Shown: in pieces, positions 54,628 to 64,000 of the stretch
How positions within the stretch are numbered: the first letter of the stretch is position 1
Layout of the letters: each line of letters starts with the position of its first letter
From: the human T2T-CHM13v2.0 reference genome, Homo sapiens
Reading direction: 5' to 3' (one strand)
NCBI RefSeq assembly: GCF_009914755.1
Contig: NC_060938.1
DNA: 64,000 bases
Translations under genes and position numbers: made by a program
The notes under the pieces: model-generated
The model's input: the letters and a program-made list of their open reading frames with translations, nothing else
Database searches by the model: none
What the model was told of the DNA's origin: nothing

Positions 54628-57600
54628 TGTTAGGTGAGTGCATACGTCATAAAGGAGTTTCTGAGAATGTTTCTGTCTAGTCGTTATGGGAAGATATTTG
54701 CTTTTTCACCGTAGGCCTCAGAGCGCTCCAAATATCCACTTGCACATACTACAAAAAGAGTGCTTCAAAGCTGGTCTCTGAAACGGAATGTTCAACTCTA
54801 TGAGTTGAATGCAAACATCACAAAGACGTTTCTGAGAATGCTTCTGTCTAGATTTGATATGAAGATATTCCCGTTTCCAACGAAATCTTCAAATCTATCC
54901 AAATGTCCACTTGCAGATTCAACAAAAAGTGTTTTTCAGAACTGCTCTATCAAAAGAAAGATCCACCTCTGTTAGCTGAGTTCACACATCACAAACAAGT
55001 TTATGAGAATGCTTCTGTCTAGTTTTTATTTGAAGATATTTCCTTTCTCACCATAGAGCTGAAAGCTGTCCTAATGTTCACTTCCAGATACTACAGAAAG
55101 AGTGTTTCAAAACTGCTGTACGAAAGGGAATGTTCAACTCTGTGACTTGAATGCACACATCACAAAGAAGTTTCTGAGGATGCTGCTGTCTACTTTTTAT
55201 ACGTAATCCCGTTTCCAACGAAATCCTCCAAGCTATCCAAATATCCACTTGCAGATTCCACAGAAAGACTGTTTCAAAACTGCTCTGTCAATAGAAAGAT
55301 TCAACTCCGTTAGCTGCGTGCATATATCCCAAAGAAGATTCTGAGATTGCTTCTGTCTAGTTTTTATGGGAAGATATTTCCCTTTTCACCGTAGGTGTCA
55401 AGGCGCTCCAAATGTCCACTTCCAGATACTACAAAAAGAGTGTTTCAAACCTACTCTGTGAAAGGGAATATTCAACTCTGTGACTTGAATGCACATATCA
55501 CAAAGAAGTTTCTGAGAATGCTTCTGTCGAGATTTTATATGAAGATATTCCCGTTTCCAACGAAATCCTGAAATGTATCCAAATATCCCCTCGCAGATTC
55601 TACAAAAAGAGTGTTTCAAAACTGCTCTGTAAAAAGAAAGGTTCAACTCTGTTAGTTGAGTACACACATCACAAACAAGTTTCACACAATGCTTCTTTCT
55701 AGCTTGTAGGGGAAGATATTCCCTTTATCACCATGGGCCTCAAACCGTCTGAAACGTCCACTTCCATATACTACAAAAAGAGCGATTCAAACCTGCTCTA
55801 TGAAAGGCAATGTTCAACTCTGTGACTTGAATGCAGACATCACAGAGCAGTTTCTGAGAATGCTTCTGTCTAGGTTTTATAGGAAGATATTCCCGTTTCC
55901 AACGAAATCTTCACAGCTATCCAAATATCCACTTGCAGATTCTACAAAAAGAGTGTATCAAAACTGCTCTGTCAAAAGGAAGGTTCTTCTCTGTTAGGTG
56001 AGTGCATACGTCATAAAGGAGTTTCTGAGAATGTTTCTGTCTAGTGGTTATGGGAAGATATTTGCTTTTTCACGGTAGGCCTCAGAGCGCTCCAAATATC
56101 CACTTGCACATACTACAAAAAGAGTGCTTCAAAGCTGCTCTCTGAAACGGAATGTTCAACTCTACGAGTTGAATGCAAACATCACAAAGACGTTTCTGAG
56201 AATGCTTCTGTCTAGATTTGATATGAAGATATTCCCGTTTCCAACGAAATCTTCAAATCTATCCAAAGGTCCACTTGCAGATTCAACAAAAAGTGTTTTT
56301 CAGAACTGCTCTATCAAAAGAAAGATCCACCTCTGTTAGCTGAGTTCACACATCACAAACAAGTTTATGAGAATGCTTCTGTCTAGTTTTTATTTGAAGA
56401 TATTTCCTTTCTCACCATAGAGCTGAAAGCTGTCCTAATGTTCACTTCCAGATACTACAGAAAGAGTGCTTCAAAACTGCTGTACCAAAGGGAAGGTTCA
56501 ACTCTGTGACTTGAATGCACACATCACAAAGAAGTTTCTGAGGATGCTGCTGTCTACTTTTTATACGTAATCCCGTTTCCAACGAAATCCTCCAAGCTAT
56601 CCAAATATCCACTTGCAGATTCCACAGAAAGACTGTTTCAAAACGGCTCTGTCAATAGAAAGGTTCAACTCTGTTAGCTGCGTGCATATATCCCAAAGAA
56701 GATTCTGAGATTGCTTCTGTCTAGTTTTTATGGGAAGATATTTCCCTTTTCACCGTAGGTGTCAAGGCGCTCCAAATGTCCACTTCCAGATACTACAAAA
56801 AGAGTGTTTCAAACCTACTCTGTGAAAGGGAATATTCAACTCTGTGACTTGAATGCACATATCACAAGGAAGTTTCTGAGAATGCTTCTGTCGAGATTTT
56901 ATATGAAGATATTCCCGTTTCCAACGAAATGCTGAAATGTATCCAAATATCCCCTCGCAGATTCTACAAAAAGAGTGTTTCAAAACTGCTCTGTAAAAAG
57001 AAAGGTTCAACTCTGTTAGTTGAGTACACACATCACAAACAAGTTTCACAGAATGCTTCTTTCTAGCTTGTAGGGGAAGATATTCCCTTTATCACCATGG
57101 GCCTCCAACCGTCCGAAACATCCACTTCCATATACTACAAAAAGAGCGTTTCAAACCTGCTCTATGAAAGGCAATGTTCAACTCTGTGACTTGAATGCAG
57201 ACATCACAGAGCAGTTTCTGAGAATGCTTCTGTCTAGATTTTATAGGAAGATATTCCAGTTTCCAACGAAATCTTCACAGCTATCCAAATATCCACTTGC
57301 AGATTCTACAAAAAGAGTGTATCAAAACTGCTCTGTCAAAAGGAAGGTTCTTCTCTGTTAGGTGAGTGCATACGTCATAAAGGAGTTTCTGAGAATGTTT
57401 CTGTCTAGTGGTTATCGGAAGATATTTGCTTTTTCACCGTAGGCCTCAGAGCGCTCCAAATATCCACTTGCACATACTACAAAAAGAGTGCTTCAAAGCT
57501 GCTCTCTGAAACGGAATGTTCAACTCTATGAGTTGAATGCAAACATCACAAAGACGTTTCTGAGAATGCTTGTGTCTAGATTTGATATGAAGATATTCCC

Positions 57601-58527
57601 GTTTCCAACGAAATCTTCAAATCTATCCAAATGTCCACTTGCAGATTCAACAAAAAGTGTTTTTCAGAACTGCTCTATCAAAAGAAAGATCCACCTCTGT
57701 TAGCTGAGTTCACATATCACAAACAAGTTTATGAGAATGCTTCTGTCTAGTTTTTATTTGAAGATATTTCCTTTCTCACCATAGACCTGAAAGCTGTCCT
57801 AATGTTCACTTCCAGATACTACAGAAAGAGTGTTTCAAAACTGCTGTACGAAAGGGAATGTTCAACTCTGTGACTTGAATGCACACATCACAAAGAAGTT
57901 TCTGAGGATGCTGCTGTCTACTTTTTATACGTAATCCCGTTTCCAACGAAATCCTCCAAGCTATCCAAATATCCACTTGCAGATTCCACAGAAAGACTGT
58001 TTCAAAACTGCTCTGTCAATAGAAAGGTTCAACTCTGTTAGCTGCGTGCATATATCCCAAAGAAGATTCTGAGATTGCTTCTGTCTAGTTTTTATGGGAA
58101 GATATTTCCCTTTTCACCGTAGGCGTCAAGGCGCTCCAAATGTCCACTTCCAGATACTACAAAAAGAGTGTTTCAAACCTACTCTGTGAAAGGGAATATT
58201 CAACTCTGTGACTTGAATGCACATATCACAAGGAAGTTTCTGAGAATGCTTCTGTCGAGATTTTAAATGAAGATATTCCCGTTTCCAACGAAATCCTGAA
58301 ATCTATCCAAATATCCCCTCGCAGATTCTACAAAAAGAGTGTTTCAAAACTGCTCTGTGAAAAGAAAGGTTCAACTCTGTTAGTTGAGTACACACATCAC
58401 AAACAAGTTTCACAGAATGCTTCTTTCTAGCTTGTAGGGGAAGATATTCCCTTTATCACCATGGGCCTCCAACCGTCCGAAACATCCACTTCCATATACT
58501 ACAAAAAGAGCGTTTCAAACCTGCTCT

Positions 58528-61500
58528 ATGAAAGGCAATGTTCAACTCTGTGACTTGAATGCAGACATCACAGAGCAGTTTCTGAGAATGCTTCTGTCTA
58601 GATTTTATAGGAAGATATTCCCGTTTCCAACGAAATCTTCACAGCTATCCAAATATCCACTTGCAGATTCTACAAAAAGAGTGTATCAAAACTGCTCTGT
58701 CAAAAGGAAGGTTCTTTTCTGTTAGGTGAGTGCATACGTCATAAAGGAGTTTCTGAGAATGTTTCTGTCTAGTGGTTATGGGAAGATATTTGCTTTTTCA
58801 CCGTAGGCCTCAGAGCGCTCCAAATATCCACTTGCACATACTACAAAAAGAGTGCCTCAAAGCTGCTCTCTGAAACGGAATGTTCAACTCTATGAGTTGA
58901 ATGCAAACATCGCAAAGACGTTTCTGAGAATGCTTCTGTCTAGATTTGATATGAAGATATTCCCGTTTCCAACGAAATCTTCAAATCTATCCAAATGTCC
59001 ACTTGCAGATTCAACAAAAAGTGTTTTTCAGAACTGCTCTATCAAAAGAAAGATCCACCTCTGTTAGCTGAGTTCACACATCACAAACAAGTTTATGAGA
59101 ATGCTTCTGTCTAGTTTTTATTTGAAGATATTTCCTTTCTCACCATAGAGCTGAAAGCTGTCCTAATGTTCACTTCCAGATACTACAGAAAGAGTGCTTC
59201 AAAACTGCTGTACGAAAGGGAAGGTTCAACTCTGTGACTTGAATGCACACATCACAAAGAAGTTTCTGAGGATGCTGCTGTCTACTTTTTATACGTAATC
59301 CCGTTTCCAACGAAATCCTCCAAGCTATCCAAATATCCACTTGCAGATTCCACAGAAAGACTGTTTCAAAACGGCTCTGTCAATAGAAAGGTTCAACTCT
59401 GTTAGCTGCGTGCATATATCCCAAAGAAGATTCTGAGATTGCTTCTGTCTAGTTTTTATGGGAAGATATTTCCCTTTTCACCGTAGGTGTCAAGGCGCTC
59501 CAAATGTCCACTTCCAGATACTACAAAAAGAGTGTTTCAAACCTACTCTGTGAAAGGGAATATTCAACTCTGTGACTTGAATGCACATATCACAAGGAAG
59601 TTTCTGAGAATGCTTCTGTCGAGATTTTATATGAAGATATTCCCGTTTCCAACGAAATGCTGAAATGTATCCAAATATCCCCTCGCAGATTCTACAAAAA
59701 GAGTGTTTCAAAACTGCTCTGTAAAAAGAAAGGTTCAACTCTGTTAGTTGAGTACACACATCACAAACAAGTTTCACAGAATGCTTCTTTCTAGCTTGTA
59801 GGGGAAGATATTCCCTTTATCACCATGGGCCTCCAACCGTCCGAAACATCCACTTCCATATACTACAAAAAGAGCGTTTCAAACCTGCTCTATGAAAGGC
59901 AATGTTCAACTCTGTGACTTGAATGCAGACATCACAGAGCAGTTTCTGAGAATGCTTCTGTCTAGATTTTATAGGAAGATATTCCAGTTTCCAACGAAAT
60001 CTTCACAGCTATCCAAATATCCACTTGCAGATTCTACAAAAAGAGTGTATCAAAACTGCTCTGTCAAAAGGAAGGTTCTTCTCTGTTAGGTGAGTGCATA
60101 CGTCATAAAGGAGTTTCTGAGAATGTTTCTGTCTAGTGGTTATCGGAAGATATTTGCTTTTTCACCGTAGGCCTCAGAGCGCTCCAAATATCCACTTGCA
60201 CATACTACAAAAAGAGTGCTTCAAATCTGGTCTCTGAAACGGAATGTTCAACTCTATGAGTTGAATGCAAACATCACAAAGACGTTTCTGAGAATGCTTC
60301 TGTCTAGATTTGATATGAAGATATTCCCGTTTCCAACGAAATCTTCAAATCTATCCAAATGTCCACTTGCAGATTCAACAAAAAGTGTTTTTCAGAACTG
60401 CTCTATCAAAAGAAAGATCCACCTCTGTTAGCTGAGTTCACACATCACAAACAAGTTTATGAGAATGCTTCTGTCTAGTTTTTATTTGAAGATATTTCCT
60501 TTCTCACCATAGAGCTGAAAGCTGTCCTAATGTTCACTTCCAGATACTACAGAAAGAGTGTTTCAAAACTGCTGTACGAAAGGGAATGTTCAACTCTGTG
60601 ACTTGAATGCACACATCACAAAGAAGTTTCTGAGGATGCTGCTGTCTACTTTTTATACGTAATCCCGTTTCCAACGAAATCCTCCAAGCTATCCAAATAT
60701 CCACTTGCAGATTCCACAGAAAGACTGTTTCAAAACTGCTCTGTCAATAGAAAGGTTCAACTCTGTTAGCTGCGTGCATATATCCCAAAGAAGATTCTGA
60801 GATTGCTTCTGTCTAGTTTTTATGGGAAGATATTTCCCTTTTCACCGTAGGTGTCAAGGCGCTCCAAATGTCCACTTCCAGATACTACAAAAAGAGTGTT
60901 TCAAACCTACTCTGTGAAAGGGAATATTCAACTCTGTGACTTGAATGCACATATCACAAAGAAGTTTCTGAGAATGCTTCTGTCGAGATTTTATATGAAG
61001 ATATTCCCGTTTCCAACGAAATCCTGAAATCTATCCAAATATCCCCTCGCAGATTCTACAAAAAGAGTGTTTCAAAACTGCTCTGTGAAAAGAAAGGTTC
61101 AACTCTGTTAGTTGAGTACACACATCACAAACAAGTTTCACAGAATGCTTCTTTCTAGCTTGTAGGGGAAGATATTCCCTTTATCACCATGGGCCTCCAA
61201 CCGTCCGAAACATCCACTTCCATATACTACAAAAAGAGCGTTTCAAACCTGCTCTATGAAAGGCAATGTTCAACTCTGTGACTTGAATGCAGACATCACA
61301 GAGCAGTTTCTGAGAATGCTTCTGTCTAGATTTTATAGGAAGATATTCCCGTTTCCAACGAAATCTTCACAGCTATCCAAATATCCACTTGCAGATTCTA
61401 CAAAAAGAGTGTATAAAAACTGCTCTGTCAAAAGGAAGGTTCTTCTCTGTTAGGTGAGTGCATACGTCATAAAGGAGTTTCTGAGAATGTTTCTGTCTAG

Positions 61501-64000
61501 TGGTTATGGGAAGATATTTGCTTTTTCACCGTAGGCCTCAGAGCGCTCCAAATATCCACTTGCACATACTACAAAAAGAGTGCTTCAAAGCTGGTCTCTG
61601 AAACGGAATGTTCAACTCTATGAGTTGAATGCAAACATCACAAAGACGTTTCTGAGAATGCTTCTGTCTAGATTTGATATGAAGATATTCCCGTTTCCAA
61701 CGAAATCTTCAAATCTATCCAAATGTCCACTTGCAGATTCAACAAAAAGTGTTTTTCAGAACTGCTCTATCAAAAGAAAGATCCACCTCTGTTAGCTGAG
61801 TTCACACATCACAAACAAGTTTATGAGAATGCTTCTGTCTAGTTTTTATTTGAAGATATTTCCTTTCTCACCATAGAGCTGAAAGCTGTCCTAATGTTCA
61901 CTTCCAGATACTACAGAAAGAGTGTTTCAAAACTGCTGTACGAAAGGGAATGTTCAACTCTGTGACTTGAATGCACACATCACAAAGAAGTTTCTGAGGA
62001 TGCTGCTGTCTACTTTTTATACGTAATCCCGTTTCCAACGAAATCCTCCAAGCTATCCAAATATCCACTTGCAGATTCCACAGAAAGACTGTTTCAAAAC
62101 TGCTCTGTCAATAGAAAGATTCAACTCCGTTAGCTGCGTGCATATATCCCAAAGAAGATTCTGAGATTGCTTCTGTCTAGTTTTTATGGGAAGATATTTC
62201 CCTTTTCACCGTAGGTGTCAAGGCGCTCCAAATGTCCACTTCCAGATACTACAAAAAGAGTGTTTCAAACCTACTCTGTGAAAGGGAATATTCAACTCTG
62301 TGACTTGAATGCACATATCACAAAGAAGTTTCTGAGAATGCTTCTGTCGAGATTTTATATGAAGATATTCCCGTTTCCAACGAAATCCTGAAATGTATCC
62401 AAATATCCCCTCGCAGATTCTACAAAAAGAGTGTTTCAAAACTGCTCTGTAAAAAGAAAGGTTCAACTCTGTTAGTTGAGTACACACATCACAAACAAGT
62501 TTCACACAATGCTTCTTTCTAGCTTGTAGGGGAAGATATTCCCTTTATCACCATGGGCCTCAAACCGTCTGAAACGTCCACTTCCATATACTACAAAAAG
62601 AGCGATTCAAACCTGCTCTATGAAAGGCAATGTTCAACTCTGTGACTTGAATGCAGACATCACAGAGCAGTTTCTGAGAATGCTTCTGTCTAGATTTTAT
62701 AGGAAGATATTCCCGTTTCCAACGAAATCTTCACAGCTATCCAAATATCCACTTGCAGATTCTACAAAAAGAGTGTATCAAAACTGCTCTGTCAAAAGGA
62801 AGGTTCTTCTCTGTTAGGTGAGTGCATACGTCATAAAGGAGTTTCTGAGAATGTTTCTGTCTAGTGGTTATGGGAAGATATTTGCTTTTTCACGGTAGGC
62901 CTCAGAGCGCTCCAAATATCCACTTGCACATACTACAAAAAGAGTGCTTCAAAGCTGCTCTCTGAAACGGAATGTTCAACTCTACGAGTTGAATGCAAAC
63001 ATCACAAAGACGTTTCTGAGAATGCTTCTGTCTAGATTTGATATGAAGATATTCCCGTTTCCAACGAAATCTTCAAATCTATCCAAAGGTCCACTTGCAG
63101 ATTCAACAAAAAGTGTTTTTCAGAACTGCTCTATCAAAAGAAAGATCCACCTCTGTTAGCTGAGTTCACACATCACAAACAAGTTTATGAGAATGCTTCT
63201 GTCTAGTTTTTATTTGAAGATATTTCCTTTCTCACCATAGAGCTGAAAGCTGTCCTAATGTTCACTTCCAGATACTACAGAAAGAGTGCTTCAAAACTGC
63301 TGTACGAAAGGGAAGGTTCAACTCTGTGACTTGAATGCACACATCACAAAGAAGTTTCTGAGGATGCTGCTGTCTACTTTTTATACGTAATCCCGTTTCC
63401 AACGAAATCCTCCAAGCTATCCAAATATCCACTTGCAGATTCCACAGAAAGACTGTTTCAAAACGGCTCTGTCAATAGAAAGGTTCAACTCTGTTAGCTG
63501 CGTGCATATATCCCAAAGAAGATTCTGAGATTGCTTCTGTCTAGTTTTTATGGGAAGATATTTCCCTTTTCACCTTAGGTGTCAAGGCGCTCCAAATGTC
63601 CACTTCCAGATACTACAAAAAGAGTGTTTCAAACCTACTCTGTGAAAGGGAATATTCAACTCTGTGACTTGAATGCACATATCACAAGGAAGTTTCTGAG
63701 AATGCTTCTGTCGAGATTTTATATGAAGATATTCCCGTTTCCAACGAAATGCTGAAATGTATCCAAATATCCGCTCGCAGATTCTACAAAAAGAGTGTTT
63801 CAAAACTGCTCTGTAAAAAGAAAGGTTCAACTCTGTTAGTTGAGTACACACATCACAAACAAGTTTCACAGAATGCTTCTTTCTAGCTTGTAGGGGAAGA
63901 TATTCCCTTTATCACCATGGGCCTCCAACCGTCCGAAACATCCACTTCCATATACTACAAAAAGAGCGTTTCAAACCTGCTCTATGAAAGGCAATGTTCA
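58528..64000. repeat. Older paralogous block of at least 4 HORs matching 24434-29900 (offset 34094)
   Basis: Same order of markers: gtgcttcaaaa/ggaagg, broken CTGG box, aaatctgg, aagctgg, aagattcaactccg, gtctgaaacg, gcgattc, cacggt, ctacgag, aaaggtcc. Several private differences are also present. Confidence 0.85.

Larger units (their letters stand above)
29728..57001. repeat. 13-HOR duplication copy 2, expanded to 20 HORs by nested 6-HOR and 1-HOR duplications
   Basis: Matches copy 1 at offset 17728 up to about 45100, and matches again at offset 27274 (27162>54436, 28526>55800). Confidence 0.85.
1..64000 (-). repeat. Centromeric alpha-satellite HOR array: 8-mer HOR of about 1364 bp, about 47 copies, dimeric (SF2-like) A/B organisation; probably the human chr14/22 live HOR (S2C14/22H1L)
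   Basis: Alphoid motifs (gttcaactctgtgacttgaatgc, tttctgagaatgcttctgtctag, atatccacttgcagattc) recur about every 171 bp. The landmark atgaaaggcaatg recurs at 1258, 2621, 3983, 5346, 6710 ... 62620 and 63984, always 1362-1364 bp apart. CENP-B boxes occur in alternate monomers. Strand is given relative to the CENP-B-box consensus. Alpha-satellite identity is essentially certain; the chromosome assignment is weaker (about 0.75). Confidence 0.99.

Noticed and set aside
328-63760. CRISPR-like appearance of regularly spaced gtttccaac 17-mers
   Set aside because: These are CENP-B boxes about 340 bp apart. The intervening sequence is itself repetitive rather than unique spacers, and there are no cas genes.
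219-63869. Repeated 65, 71, 84, 95 and 122 aa ORFs
   Set aside because: They are chance open frames in satellite monomers. They recur at the HOR period and appear or vanish with single SNVs or 1-bp indels, and they show no recognisable domain. I used them only as variant markers.
1-64000. Transposon insertion, inversion or monomer-deletion HOR variants
   Set aside because: The landmark spacing is always 1362-1364 bp and all boxes are on the same strand, leaving no room for insertions, deletions or strand switches.
1-64000. Assignment to another dimeric HOR array (chr13/21, 18, 20 or 2), or specifically to chr14 versus chr22
   Set aside because: The canonical periods I recall for the others differ (11-, 12-, 16- and 4-mer), and no strict 16-mer alternation is visible. 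Chr14 and chr22 cannot be separated without alignment.
1-64000. Claim that this window is the kinetochore site (CDR) or produces a specific cenRNA
   Set aside because: These properties are epigenetic or transcriptional and cannot be read from sequence. High homogeneity and dense CENP-B boxes only indicate a live-type array.

Overview
The whole 64 kb window is one uninterrupted, single-orientation array of primate centromeric alpha-satellite DNA, most likely human. About 171-bp monomers alternate A/B type and form an 8-monomer higher-order repeat (HOR) of 1362-1364 bp, present in about 47 near-identical copies. A CENP-B box lies on the minus strand in every second monomer. The 8-mer dimeric layout with two XbaI sites and one TaqI site per HOR best fits the live chr14/chr22 centromere HOR (S2C14/22H1L, D14Z9/D22Z1); this assignment is from recall and needs alignment. 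I found no genes, transposon insertions, inversions or monomer-deletion HOR variants. All ORFs in the track are artefacts of the repeat. I found no new protein-coding system. The interesting signal is how variants are arranged among HOR copies. They record nested super-HOR duplications of 13, 6 and 1 HORs, whose offsets add up exactly (17728+8182+1364=27274), plus older 9-, 6-, 5-, 3- and 2-HOR relationships. Two independent CENP-B-box-breaking mutations hit the same monomer slot and were amplified by these duplications. All comparisons were made by eye, so variant counts are minimum estimates.
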